Below, one piece after another: positions 31,850 through 46,302 of a DNA stretch of 64,000 bases. Both the position numbers and the translations under genes were made by a program. The notes beneath the pieces are model-generated. The model was given only the letters and a program-made list of their open reading frames with translations. It was not told the origin of the DNA and ran no database searches. How positions within the stretch are numbered: the stretch's first letter is position 1; every line of letters starts with the position of its first letter. Origin of the DNA: the human T2T-CHM13v2.0 reference genome, Homo sapiens; the NCBI RefSeq assembly GCF_009914755.1, contig NC_060936.1; one strand, given 5' to 3'.

Positions 31850-32817
31850 GCATTCCATTGAGGGACAAGACAAACAGATGGAGACAGACAAGCAGGTAGA
31901 CAGAAACAAAGAGAGTCCAAAGAATTCTGATTCCACATTGTTGAGCTCTTATAAATAAAGCAAAAACTCCCAGTGAAGGAGAAGCTCTGCTTTTAAGGAT
32001 ATTGTGACACTCAGAATCTCCAGAGGGACAGCTGCATAAATGTCATCAGTGAGGCAAATTAGAGGCTTAGGTGCAAGGCTTGGGGAACTTTACTTTTAGG
32101 GATTAAAAGTGGAAGAGAAGGCAAGAGAGCCACAAAGCTGAAATGCCTATATGACAACTCTTACTTAATATTGAATTTCCTATTATAGAAAATCAATGGC
32201 ACAAAACCCGCAATACCTAAAGGACATCTAGAAACAGGAAAATTAGAGAGTGGGTGGCTACTGCGGTGAAAAAAAAAGTTTAGGAATGATCTGGAAAATT
32301 CAAAGCTGTCCTGCTATAGACAGCTGTGTGAACTGTCCTCGGGTTGCCTGGCACACCGTGGCGCTTGTGGGCATTTCAAAAAACCAAAGGTTTACACGGT
32401 AAGACAATGACTCTCAAAAACCTAATATTGAGAGGGGGAGGAAAGAAAAAGGAGTTGGCAATGGCCTTCCAGCTATTATTTTGAAGCTGGTATAATTTCT
32501 GTGCTGTGGATTCTGAAGCTCACCTTAAGCAATTTGATAAGGTTAAGACAGGCATTGTTTCTATGAAACAGGAGTGTAGTTTCTCTGAAATCTCTGATGA
32601 CGCAAAGAAAAACAAGAGCATCTGTGATTAAACAGAAGACTTATCATTCCAAAGAAGGTCACATCTGAGAGTGAAATGGGAGAGTATTAACAATTAAGAC
32701 AGCAGGCACCCACTGACCCAGTCCCCAGCAAAGCACAAGGTATGGCCACCCTTCCAGGTGCCATGAGAACCAAAGAATGGTGAGCTTCTCACTTAATAAG
32801 GCCAACCAGAAAGGTGC

Positions 32818-33271
32818 TGTAAACCAAAAGGTATCTGAGACAGGTCTCAATCCATTCAGTTTATTTTGCCAAGGGTAAGGACATGCCTGGAAGAAAAAAA
32901 ACACAGATCACAGAGACAGTCTGTAGTCTGTACCTTTCTCCAAAGATGAATTTGAAGGCTTCAGTATTTAAAGGGGAAAAGTGGGCCGGAGGGGAAAGAG
33001 GGAGGGTATGGTCATCCACATATTCCAAGAGAAAAGGAGCAGGTAGGGGATAGTCTGGGGCTCTGGAAATCAATAAATCAACACTTTGCGTGAGGTAAGG
33101 TGAACACAGAGTAGCTACCTGTGGAGATATTCAACCATTCATCTGTAGTATCTGCTTAGGAACAAAAGGAAACAGTTTCTTCCACGACTCAGCTTTCAGC
33201 TTAATTTTTTTTCCTAGTGATTTCCAATTTCCATAGTGGATTGGGGGCCCAGTTTTTATTTTCCTTTCACA
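32818..33271 (-). mobile_element. MER4A1-like ERV1 solo LTR
   Basis: TG...CA termini, 4-bp TSD GTGC (32814-32817 / 33272-33275). Confidence 0.85.
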
Positions 33272-34536
33272 GTGCAAAGCCCCGGTAAGCTGTAGGCAGG
33301 TTGGGGACCTAGACAGACAATCTGGGGGGAAAAAGTGTGAAGAGGAAGCTAGGGCATGGGGGTAAACCTGAAAGGAACAAACAGGGAAGAGACATAGCTT
33401 AAAGCTAAAGGTTCATGATATGGCACATCTGGGCCTGGGTCTCCACAGGGGCACTCCAGCCTTCCTCCTCATTCACCTGCCATTGCTACATTTAAGATCT
33501 ATCTTCCCACCACAGCAATGGTGGCTTACTGGCTTTGGCCTACCTGGGTTTTTTCTCAGGCTCGGTTTGTTACCCAGGTTTCCTGAGCCCCAGGGCATTC
33601 ATTCTCCCAACCCTGCCCTGCACATGTCTGCTCTACTCCTGAGCCCCCACACCCCAGCATCACCTCCCCAGGGAACCTTTCCCTTCATCTCTTTACCAGA
33701 CTCCTGCATCACCCTGTATTTCCCCTCTCAAGGCTCCTCCCATTTATATTTTACTTGTTTAACACCCTTCTTTGCCTAATCGGCTCAATATTCTTTTCCC
33801 AGTCAGGCCTGGCTTCTAGTTGGTTCTCAACAAATATTACTGATTGAATGAATTACACATGAAAATGAAGCAAACAATTGTTGTTTTTGCTGGTGACTAA
33901 GTTTCCAAGAAAAATTTGAGGTAATGAATTGGTTCATTAAAAGTAGAAATATTTTAAAAATGAGCCTCTTAAGTATTTTTCTGAATGAACCTTTCTTTGC
34001 CAGCACAGTTGTTAAGAGCAACCCTGAGCCATTAATGGGCAGGAACAGCCTGAGACCCCTGTGGAGTCCTGAGTCAATGTGACATTGGCCTCTAGTGGAC
34101 AAAATTGAGAATGCAGCAGCTCCAGGTAAAAGATGTCCTGTGGCACTAGTCACAACTGAAGGAAATGAAAATCTCAACGTTTCCTTTATTTTTCACTTCT
34201 ACCATGCAAACTGAATTACATTACATTACATTACAAGGAGAGCCCATTGTCAAATTTTTGCCTAAATAATTAAAAAAATAAATTCAATACTTGGCATTCT
34301 GAGTATTAGTGTCTAGAAACATTTATTGACATCAGAGCCTCTACAGAGGCAGAGAGTGAGATTTTACACCACGACTGAGTGGGAGTCAATTTTCCTACCT
34401 TAATTCCCTTTTTCCTAAATAATCTTTTCCAGCCTCCTGGTATTTTCATTGGGATTGCAGGGTTGCAGGCTATCAGACAGTCTTGAGATAGAAGTGCATT
34501 TTATTTTTACATTTTTATTCTTAATTTTATTTTTTA

Positions 34537-34778
34537 AGAGATGGGGTTTTGCTGTGTTGCACAAGCTGGAATACAGTGACAAAAAAGCACTGGAGATATA
34601 ACCTGATCTGGGCTAGGTCACCCCTCCTCAGGCATCCCGGTGGTGCTCTGCTCCAAGGAGGTCACCACATTGACACTGAACCCACATGACAGCTCAGAAC
34701 TCCTGGGCTCAAACAATCCTCCGGCCTCAGCCTCCTGAGTAGCTGGAATGACAGGCATGCACCACTACCACGCCCAGC
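34537..34778 (-). pseudogene. 7SL (SRP) RNA processed pseudogene with internal deletions
   Basis: Minus strand has the Alu domain plus S-domain sequence (gtcaatgtggtgacctcc...caccaccgggatgcctgaggaggggtga..gcccag) that Alus lack. A-rich tail 34499-34536 and TSD gtgcatttt. Confidence 0.88.
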
Positions 34779-35096
34779 AAGGTGCATTTTAAACCACCTG
34801 CTAGTCAAAGGGTAAATGTTATCTCTGTAACAAGGAGAGAAAAAGCTGAGACCAAAGAAGGGACACGTTTAAATAAAAAGAGGATGCAAATTTGAGGGGT
34901 GAATATATGAACTATTTTTGCCTTACAAACAAATCAGATGACGATATGTATAGTCATTATTTACTTTCCTTCTTAGCACACTACCTGATGCCGTGAGATC
35001 CTGGAACATGCACCATGTGCCTATCCGGTTCTGGCAAGACGCTTCTAGCTGTTTTGACTTCATTTAACAGCTTCTCATCACTTTGTAATCTCCAGG

Positions 35097-35407
<311 letters not shown>

Positions 35408-36050
35408 TGTAATCTCCAGGTTTTAAGGCCATGACTGCCCACTTGCCTAACTCAAGCCCTTATAAATATCCTTAAATATCTCTTATTCTTTATCTGTATG
35501 CAGGCTGCCGAGCAAGAAATAAAATCTTTAAAACCAAAATAATTGGCTTAGGATAAAGTAAGCTCACAGAGGGAAAGAGCTGGCATAGAACAAAGCAGAG
35601 GCGGCTTCTATGTGCACTCCTGCCAGGCAGAGGGGCAGCAAGGGACAGCGAGAGCTGTGGCACTCTCCCGAGGACATGCTCAGGAGTGAGGCCAACAGCG
35701 AAGGATGATGAACTCCCGATCAGACCCATTCAGATGGAAACGAACAGACAAATCCACATGCCTGGGTAAGACTAAGACTTCTTGGATATTGGCCCCTGGC
35801 TCTGTTCTCCTCCAGCACTTTGTCTGCAGTGTGAACCACATTCCCAGTTGTGGTAAAACAGCCGTTCTTAGATCACATCTGTATAGGATGGGGACTTTTG
35901 AGCACTTTCCTAAACCCTGTTTCCCCCAACACCGGACTTTATACACATCTGTAAAACAGATGGTGATCATGCTCACATCTAAGTGCAATCGTACCAGCTG
36001 GCATCAATATGAATATAGGAAATAAAAGCAATAAGGCCTGTATTTAATAA

Positions 36051-36400
<350 letters not shown>

Positions 36401-36469
36401 TGATGCCAGGAACTCTGTCTGCTGCCAATTTCTATTGGGAATGGAAGCCCCATTATCACAGGGGGCCGT

Positions 36470-36970
36470 CCAGGTGGAGCCAGGCAGCAAAACCGTGCGC
36501 TTTCTGGGAGCCCTCCAGGAAGGACGGACAGACCTGGCGCAGGCGCCAGCCTGGCCCTGCTGCCCCAGACTCCCAGGAATACCTACCATTTCCTTGAATG
36601 CACTTTCAAGCGCTCCGATGACCAGGCACTCATGGGGAATCTTCTTCTCGGTAAAGAAGCGTGTGGGGGGCGTGCTGGGGGAGCCCGGGGCCCCCACCCC
36701 TCCGCGCAGGGAGGCTGCCCGGGTCAGAGTCCGGCTGTTGGCGGGCGTGTTCTCAGGCTCCTCCCCCAGGCAGGTAGGGGGCAGGACGGCGGAGTTCTTC
36801 AGGATGTCCACGATGTCCTGCAGCTGCTCCGTGATGTGGTGCTGCAGCAGGCGTGACGCCACCACCGCGGCCCCGGACCCCGCGTGCCCGTCAAACAGCG
36901 ACCAATAGTGGCAGGAAACACCCTCGGATTCCTGTGGGAGAGGACGACAGGGAGGAGTGAGAACGGCTGT
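36470..36970. promoter_or_regulatory. CpG-rich intragenic segment over the 345-bp exon
   Basis: Dense CpGs and high GC compared with the CpG-depleted flanks. Confidence 0.6.
36587..36931 (-). CDS. PPM1H: PPM1H internal coding exon (probably exon 3), ESEGVSCHYWSLFDGHAG...ALESAFKEM, 115 codons, phase 0/0
   Basis: Translation has the PP2C motif FDGHAG and the recognisable PPM1H loop (RAASLRGGVGAPGSPSTPP). Minus-strand acceptor ctcctccctgtcgtcctctcccacag|GAA and donor ATG|gtaggt. 345 bp, joins in frame to the 22997-23109 exon. Confidence 0.97.
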
Positions 36971-37340
36971 GGACTTTGCCTCAGGGTCATACAGATTGTG
37001 GGACATCTATGGGACTGAGGGTCCACTTGGTTGTCTGTCGTCTGCAAACAATGCGGTCAAAACATAGCAAACAAAACAAAATAAAACAAACAAAAACAAA
37101 AACAAAAAAAACACTCAGGGAAGGGTCCCCAAATGAGCCATTGTTGTTACTAGCACCAGAAGGATGAAGCGGTCTCTGCCTCCCCACCTAGCAAGGGAGC
37201 CCAAATGATCATACACTAAGCTACTACTTGGAGGGTGAGATCTACTCTAATTTGAAGTGTAGGTGTTTGCATAAAACTCTCCTACAAACAGACAAGTCTG
37301 TACGAGTCCAGCTTGAACACCTAACTCCTTAACTCCCGTC

Positions 37341-37672
37341 TTTTTTTTTTTTTTTGACAGAGTCTCACTCTGTGGCCCAGGCTGGAGTTCAGTGGCGCGA
37401 TCTAGGCTCACTGCAACCTCCACCGCCCAGGTTCAAGCGATTCTCATGCCTCAGTCTTCTCATGCCTCAGCCTCTGGAGTAGCTGGGACTACAGGCGCGT
37501 GCCACCACACCAGGCTAATTTTTTTTTGTATTTTTAGTAGAGATGGGGTTTCACCATGTTGCCCAGGCTGGTCTCAAACTCCTGGCCTCAAGTGATCCAC
37601 CCACCTTGGCCTCCTAAAGTGCTGAGATTATCCCAAAGGGCTGGGATTACAGGCGTGAGCCACCGTGCCTGG
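37341..37672 (-). mobile_element. AluS/J with two internal tandem duplications
   Basis: Antisense dimer with duplicated ttctcatgcctcag and duplicated cccaaagtgctgggatta-like segments. Confidence 0.9.
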
Positions 37673-38124
37673 AACCTCCCATCTATTTCAACCCCAGAGT
37701 AGGTTTGATCTGGGGCCTTGGAAAAACGCCCTTTCTCAGGTTTTCCAACGGGAAATAAGTAGACCCATTTTCCCCTTTTAGAGCCCTTAAATGCTGGGAT
37801 AATTGTCCCATCTTTCTTGGTCTACATCCTGAATTTTTAGAACATGTTTTCACCCTAGACAGCCAGTCTAGCCCAGGCCTCACAAGATGCAGCCAATTCA
37901 AATCTCCTCTTTATACTTCCCACCTCCCTTAGTTCTCCAGCTGATGTCACTCTCGGTCTCTCCATTCCTTCTTCTTGCCTTACAGCTACATGCAACCCGT
38001 GTTCCCTCATCTACGTTGGGTTTAGTGGCTGCTGGTGGATTTCTAGACTACTTCAAGATGAGCACTTTTGAACCCATGTTTGAATTACACACGTGTTAGA
38101 TCTTAGAGAAAAGGAGCTCAATTA

Positions 38125-38950
38125 TGACATAGCTGATAGAATAGAGAGCTCAGAAATAAACCCACACATATGTTGTCAACTAATCTTTGACAAGGGTACC
38201 AAGAATACACATTAGGGAAAGAAGAGTGTCTGCAATAAATGGTATTAGGAAAAGTGAATATCCACATGCAAAAGAATGAAATTGGGCCCTATTCTTATAT
38301 CATATACAGAATCCAACTCAAAATAGCCTAAAGACTTAGATGTAAGACGTGAAATCATAAAACTCCTAGAAAAAAACATGGGGGAAAAAAACTCCTTGAT
38401 ATTGGTCTTGGCAATGATTATTTAGATATGATACCCAAAGCACAGGCAATGAAGCAAAAACAAACAAGTGGGACTACATTAAACTAAAATGTTTCTGCGC
38501 AGCAAAGGAAGTAATCAACAAAACCAAAAGGTAGGTAGCCTATGGCATAAGAAAAAACCCTTGCAAAGCATGTGTGTGATAAGGGGTTAATTTTCAAAAT
38601 ACACAAGAAACTCCTACAATTCTATTGCAAACAAAACAAAACAAGCAAGCCGATGAAAAAATGGGCAAAGGGCTTGAAGAGACATTTCATCAAAGATGAC
38701 ATAAAATAAATGGCCAGCAGGCTTGTGAAAAGATGCTCACCATCGATACCTTTCATAAAACTCAGTGAACTGAAATTAAGGACCTTCCCCAACCAGATAA
38801 GGGGCATCTAGGGAAAACCTTTAGCTCATATCATATTTCATGGTGAAATACTGCATGCTTTCCCATAACACTGGGCAAAACAAAAAAAGTATGCTCTCAC
38901 TACTTCTATTCAATATGATACTGGAAGGTTCTAGATAGGCAAGAAAAAAG
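38125..38950 (+). mobile_element. Old L1M ORF2 fragments
   Basis: aatctttgacaagggtaccaag, aaactcctagaaaaaaacat, gggactacattaaactaaaa. Confidence 0.8.
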
Positions 38951-38979
38951 AAAAGGCCTAAAGATTGTATAAGAAAATA

Positions 38980-39133
38980 GCTGGGCACAGTGGCTCACGC
39001 CTGTAATCCCAGCTACTCAGAAAGTTGAAATGGGAGAATCCCTTGAATCGAGGAGAAGGAGGCTGCAACAGGCCAAGATCTTGCCACTGTATTCCAGCTG
39101 GGGTGACAGAGTGACCCTGTCTCAAAAAAAAAA
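38980..39133 (+). mobile_element. Monomeric Alu (right arm/FRAM-like)
   Basis: Single arm with A tail. Confidence 0.75.
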
Positions 39134-39397
39134 GATTGTTTAAGAAAATAAAGTTGCATTTATCCTGGCTTTGAGCAATTTGAGCATGATGTACCTTAGT
39201 GTCATTTTCTTCATGTTTCATGTGCTTGGAGTTTGTCTTTCTAGATCTGTGGACTTACAGTTATTTCATATGATTTAGAAAAATTTCACCCATTATTTCT
39301 TAAAAAAAATTTTTTTTGGTATCCTTCTCTCTTTTCTCCTTGGAAGAATCTAATTACACCTGTAGTAGTCCCTAGAGGTTGTCCCATAGCTCATTAA

Positions 39398-39746
<349 letters not shown>

Positions 39747-39809
39747 CATTTTGGTTAATTTCTACTGCAATGTATTAAACTCACTTTTTAAAAATCTTTT
39801 TGTTTTTTA

Positions 39810-40775
39810 TTAAAAAACGGACAAAGGATCTGAATAGACATTTCTCAAATAAAGATAAGCAAGTGGCTAACAAGTATATGAAAACATGCTCAAAATCAAT
39901 AATCATCAGGAAAATGCAAATCAAAACCACAATGAGATAGCACCTCACACCTGTTAGGATCGCTATTATCAAAAAAACGAGACAAGTGTTAGTGAGGATG
40001 TGTAGAAAAAGGAAACTTCTGTCCTGTCAGTGGGAATGTAAATTGGTACAGCCATTACAGAAAACAGTATGGAGGTTCCTCAAAAAATTAAAAATAGAAC
40101 CATCATATAAAGCAATTTTACTGCTGGTTATATAACAAAAGGAAATGAAATCAGTATCTATAGCCCAACGTTCATTGCAGCATTATTCACAACAGCCAAG
40201 ACACTGAAACAACCTTAGCATCCATCAACAGATGAATGGTAAAGAAAATGTGGTGTATATTATTTACATACAATAAGATATTATTCAGCCACAAAAAGAA
40301 GGAAATTCTGCCATTTGCAACAACATGAATGAACCTGGAGGGCATTATGCTAAGTGAAATAAACCAGACACAGAAAGACAAATACCACTTGATCTCATAT
40401 GTGGAATCTAAAAAAGAGTCAAACTCGTAGAAGCAGAGAGTCGAATGGTGGTTGCCAGGGGCTGGGGTTGAGGAAAGTGGGGAGATAATGGTCAAAAGGT
40501 ACAAAGTTTCAGGTATAAAATGAGTAAGTTCTGGGGATCGAATGTACAGTATGGTGACTTTAGTTAGTAACACTGTACTGTATACTTGAAATTACCTGAG
40601 AGAGTAGATTTTAAGTGTCCTCACCACAAACACACAAAAACTGGTAACTATGTAAGGGAATGGATGTATTAACTTGATTGTGGCAGTCATTTCACAATGC
40701 ACCCGTATATCAAATCATGCACACCTTAAATACATGATTTCTGTCAATCATACCTCAATAAAACTGGGAGAAATA
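39810..40775 (+). mobile_element. L1MA/MB 3' end
   Basis: End of ORF2 and 3'UTR (gccatttgcaacaacatgaatgaacctggagggcattatgctaagtgaaata...ctcaataaa). Confidence 0.85.
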
Positions 40776-41104
40776 AAACATTACATTTGAAAAAATGTAA
40801 CTAGAGGGGTAGGATATAAAACACTAAGAAAAATAAATATTTGGGATCTCTATTTTCAGAAAATTGGTGGACAAAGAGGTAAGGTATGGATATAACATCT
40901 ACTTCTGACTAGCTGGCTTATCTACCCTATGGCAATAAATACTGAAGGCTTTTTTTTTTTAATTGAAGCCATTAAATAAAATTTTTAGTATAATGCTAGA
41001 AGACACTGAGTAGATATGGTGACATGAACCATTACTCTGTGCTCTTTAAAACTTGATTTCCATTCGATTCTGTGTTAGGTGCTAAGAAATAAAATAGCTG
41101 ATTT

Positions 41105-42090
41105 TTAATTCAACCAATATGTGATTTGAGCACTTTCTATGCAACAGGCTCTGGAGTAGGCAGTAGAGATAAAAGACTGGCTGAAAGAGATATCAGACAT
41201 GGCCTGATCTTAATAGTCCAGTGGGGAAGACAGACACTGACTGATACGGTTTGGATTTGTGTCCTCTGCCAAATCTCAGGTCGAATTGTGATCCCCAGTG
41301 TTGGAGGAGGGGCCTGGTGGGAGGTGACTGCATCATGGGGGTGGATTTCCCCTTGTTCTTGTGACAGTGAGTGAGTTCTCACGAGATCTGGTTGTTTAAA
41401 AGTGTGTAGCACCTCCCCCTTCACTCTCTTCCTTCTCTGGCCATGTAAGATGTGCCTGCTTCCCCTTCACCTTCCACCACGACTGAACGTTTCCCTAAGG
41501 CCTCCCCAGCCATGCTTCCTGTACAGCCTGTGGACCAGTGAGCCAGTTAAACCTCTTTTCTTTATAAATTACCCAGTTTCAGGTATTTCTTTAGAGAAGT
41601 GAGAGAACATACTAAGACACTGATCAAATAATCACACGTACAAACATAAGATCACAAGTCTGATCAAAGAGAGGACAAGGAGAAATTCTTAGTACTACAA
41701 GGCCAGCCTGCAGAGGGACAGGACACATTGGAGAAGGCTTCCTGAGGACATGAGGACTAGGCTGAGGATGCATGGAAGTTCATGAGATAAGGAGGGGAGG
41801 GGAGAGAATCCCAAGCAGTAGCAACAGCAGGTGCAAGGGCCCTGCGGTAGAATGGGGGCATGATGCACGAGCATAGACTCAACCATGGCCATGTGGCTGA
41901 GTGGGAGAGTGAGGAGCAAGATGAGGGTGGAGAGAGAGGTAGCAGCTAGACCACTCAATATTTACAGGACACATGAAGGATCCTGGCTTTAGCATAAGTG
42001 TAACAAAAAAAAACCATTGACTGAAGTAAGAATGACAAAATCAATTTATGTTTTTAAAAGATCACTCAAGCTATTCTGTGAGATTAGAAA
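41105..42090 (-). mobile_element. L2 fragment interrupted by MSTA
   Basis: Antisense L2 3' region on both sides of the LTR. Confidence 0.65.
41242..41619 (+). mobile_element. MSTA (MaLR) solo LTR
   Basis: tgatacggtttggatttgtgtc...actaagaca, TSD ctgac/ctgat. Confidence 0.88.
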
Positions 42091-42620
42091 AGAAATAAGG
42101 GTGAAAGTCATGATGCTAAGGTAGGAGGTAAATCCTGCCCTAAAAAACATTCAGTCACATTCAGGCCATAAGAAACACATTTAAACAATGAAAAGTGTCA
42201 TAAAACAAAGGTAAAAACACAAAGAGCTCTAACTCATAGGAAAGAGGAAAGAACAATGATTACAGGTGAGAAGATTTGGATTCTAATCCCATCTTCAACA
42301 CCAATCATCAGCTGAGTGGTGGCAGGACAGGTGTTAGGCCATTAGCTGGTTGTCCCTTTTGCTTAACATTTCTATGCCATGGTTTGTTGTTTTTTAATCC
42401 CTTGAACTAGATAAAAACAAGTTTATAATGAGATGTTAAAATCTTCAATGTCCTCCTATGCTAGGAGGATGTAAAAAAGGGACATACTATTCGGGGAAAT
42501 ACAACCACATTGTGGGCTCTGCTATGTGCTTAGAGTTCAGCTCAGCTGTTAAAAGTGTAAGAGACTCTAAGGTCAGAGAAACACATCCAGTTACAGGTCC
42601 AGAAAAACCTTCCCATCACT

Positions 42621-42903
42621 TATTTATGAGACAAGGTCTTGCTCTGTCACCCAGGCTGGAGTGCACTGGCACAACCACGACTTACTGAAGCCTCAACCTC
42701 CCAGGCTCAAATGATCCTCCAGCATCAGCCTCTTGAGTGGCTGGGACTACAGGCATGTGCCACCACATCCAGCTCATTTTTGTATTTTTCAGAGAGATGA
42801 GGTTTTGCTATGTTGCCCAGGCTAGTGAACTGGGCTCAAGCAGTCCTCCTGCCTTAGCCTCCAAAAGTGCTGGGATTACAGGTATGAGCCACCGTGTCTG
42901 GCC
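42621..42903 (-). mobile_element. AluJ
   Basis: Antisense dimer. Confidence 0.9.
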
Positions 42904-43831
42904 ACCCATCCCATCATTTAATAAACCTTATATAGCAGGCAATACTCTAAATGCTTTACAAATATGAACTCGTTTAATCCTTACTCCACTCCTCTGTGAG
43001 AGGTGTGGTAATTATCTGCATTTTATATTGTAGGAAAATGAGAGACAGAGAATATAACTGCTCTAGGTCACCACCTATTAAGTTGTGCAGCAGGGACCAG
43101 AGTCTATGCTTTCAGCCATCAACCTCTATGCTAAGGTGACCACCCCTACCCTACCACCAGAGGGAAGGTTGCCTTAATTTATACATAGTGCCATAGTCCA
43201 TTTTTCTACTCTATAATCTGAGTTGCAACCAGAGTGATTTTTCCTAAAACACAACATTTGGTCATTTTCTTTTATGAGTCTAACAGCCTGCTCTGTGGGC
43301 TGGCTCCTGTCCGTGAGCCTCCAGTTTGCCGTCTCTGATTGAATCTCTGATGATCTCCCCACATTCTAGCCCTTACTCAAATCCCACCCACACCAAACTA
43401 CAGAACTTGCAGCTCATCACAAACCACTAACCATCACCACCTCCTTTACATAACTCCCACCTGGCTTTCAGTACTCAGCTTAAATATCATCTCCTTCCAG
43501 AAGCCCCTACTTCACCCTGAGCACCATCTGGACAGCGGCCTTGAGGGCTAGGGTGACATTCCAGTCTGGCAAAGCAGACTGAGAAGCCTCCATTTTACCA
43601 CCTGGTGGGTACTAGTGAGTTGCAATGCCTCTGTACCTAGGAGTGCTATGAAAGCTGGATGGCAAGAAAGAAGTGCTAGAATTTAAAAGGCTCATGAAGG
43701 ACTGCAAGAGGTGTTTCAAAGAACTATATGAGGCCAGAGAGGGCTACATGTGTTTGAAATGTGACCAAAATATTAGAGAGATTAAAGATCTATTTTCAAA
43801 GGTGGAATGATCAAATAGGTTTTGCTGTACC

Positions 43832-44122
43832 TTTATTTTATTTTTCTGAGACAGAGTCTGTCACCTAGTCTGTAGTGCAGTGGTGCGATCCTGGCTCACC
43901 GCAGCCTCTGCCTCCCAGGCCCAAGTGATTATCCCACTTCAGCCTCCCAAGTAGCTGGGACTAAGGCATACACCACCACACCAGGCTAATTTTTGTACTT
44001 TTAGTAGAGACAGGGTTTCACCATGTTGGCCAGGCTGGTCTCAAACTCCTGGCTTCAAGTGATCCACCCATCTCAACCTCCCAAAGTGCTGGGATCACAG
44101 AGGTGAGCTACCAGGCCCGGCC
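43832..44122 (-). mobile_element. Alu (J/S)
   Basis: Antisense dimer. Confidence 0.9.
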
Positions 44123-46302
44123 TGTACACTTATTTTAAGGATATGAGGATTCTCCCTTCTTTCCTACCTGGTTCTCCTCAAAATGATGCCATCAACTGCC
44201 GTAAGATAGGCAGGATGGTTTGATGCATAAAGTCAGATCTGTGAACATGAAGGAATGAATGTCTCCTCAATGTCACATGAGCAGGAGGGGCCTTCATCAA
44301 GGTTAGGGGTCTAAGCCAGAAATAAGGTGGCCTGGGCAATGCAACTGTGAATCTAAGAGATAGGCCTGGGGAATCACAAGTGGTATGAAGGTGATGCTTT
44401 TAAAGCATCTGAAACCTGCGATTTCACTGCAAATACACATGTATTGCTTCACTGCTCAGAATCTTCAGTTACTCCCTACTGCCCTTAAAATGCCACTTTT
44501 TTCTCTTAGATGCTGACATGTCTTACAGACACTGAATGATCTAGTTACTATTCACTCTTCAGCACATCTCTTGCTTCCTTCAGTGGTCCTGAACTTCTCT
44601 CATTTCCTCTCTTCTAACTCTCAGTGACCTCTGGAACTATGACCATCATGTTTTTCTTCTGCGTGAAACACTGATCCCTATCTCTCTGCTTGGAAAACTA
44701 TCCTTCGGTTTTTGGTGGAAGCGTGACCTATTCCATCAAGCCTGCTTGGATCACCTCAGCCCCTGTGCATCCCATTTTCTGTACACCAGTATGCATCAGC
44801 CCTGCTCACAGAGACTTAGGTGTGTCTCATTTGCTCTGGTATTCCCAATGAGTGTCTGGTACAGAATAGATGTTCGATAAATACTTATTAAATATACAAA
44901 GAAAGAAAAGGAGAGAATGGTTTTTATTTTTTCAAAGCAATACAGTAGCTTGGCAAATAGGGATTTTATATAAGACACTTCACATTGGTAAAACCAATAG
45001 AATATCATAACCCTACCCTACTCCAGGATTGGGGATGACTTGATCTTGCTTTATTTACCCAGGACTGTGTCCTCTCAGCTCCCTGAGGCCAAGTGTGCCA
45101 AGCAAATAAGGAGTCTGCATCTGGGACCCTGGGAATCTCAGAGGGGCTCCAAAGAAACGAAGAGACATTGCCATCTCTGGCTGTACTTGATTTGCTGAGC
45201 CTCGTTCCTACATAACCAGTATGAAACTCACTGTCTCCCTCTCTCTCTCAATCCAATCTCTTCTGAGCTAGGGCATATCCACCCCTCATACTGTTGGCAA
45301 AGGAGGAACATCTCCTCAGTTTGGTATTAACTCTAAGATTTTGTGTTTATATGGTAAATGAACAAGGTTTAAGCATTTACATTATTTAACAGTCCAAGGG
45401 CAATTTTAGTTATTTTAAATGCTGGATATTTACTTACGCATTCTCAAATGAGTTAAAACAAACATATTCTATCTACCATGATATGTCTTAACATAGAAAG
45501 ACCACAGGCTTTAGATCAAGACAAATCTGGGCTCTGAAATGTACTACTATGTGACCTTGGGGAAGTTACTTAACTTCTCTCAACTCCATTTCCTTATTTG
45601 AAGAAGATGATAAAGGACAAGGCAAAATGGTGGCACAGACAGTAAGATTACTTCATGTAATGGTACATGTCTTGGAGCCTCCTTTCCTATGTGCCAGGCT
45701 CCATGCTGGGCACTAGAGATACAGCAGAAAATGAAAATGTCATGGTTCTCAAGCTCTTGAACTAACAATCTAGAATATGATCAGGTAATTACAAGTGTGA
45801 TGAATGTTAGAAAAACAAAGTGCATGGCATCACGTGAGTGGATAACATGTATTAAATGTGCAGCTAACCATGGGGTATGGGGGGCACACGGGAAGGGGTA
45901 TGGCTATGAAGGGATAGCAAGAAGGAGTTCTCTGTCATGATGAAACTGCTCTGAATCCCTGTTGCAGCAGTGATGATATGTATCTATGCACGCATTAAAA
46001 TTCATACAACTGTATACCAAAAGGAAAAAGTTAATTGTACTGTATGTTTTAAAAATGATAAAATGTATAGCACTGTATTCAGCACATAGGAGTGGCAAAA
46101 ACACTAGAAGTAATGGTAATTACTTATACTATTAAATAGCCTGGAGGGACACTGAGCAGGTGGGGAGACCAGGCTGCACATCTGAGCTCCTGACTTCCAA
46201 TTCTGCCAAATGGTGTACTCATCTCGCTCTACTGTGCAACTCCTGTTGCTTCTGTTCACCTTTCTTATTTCCCCTAAAGGAAGTCTTAGTTCAAAGGACA
46301 TC

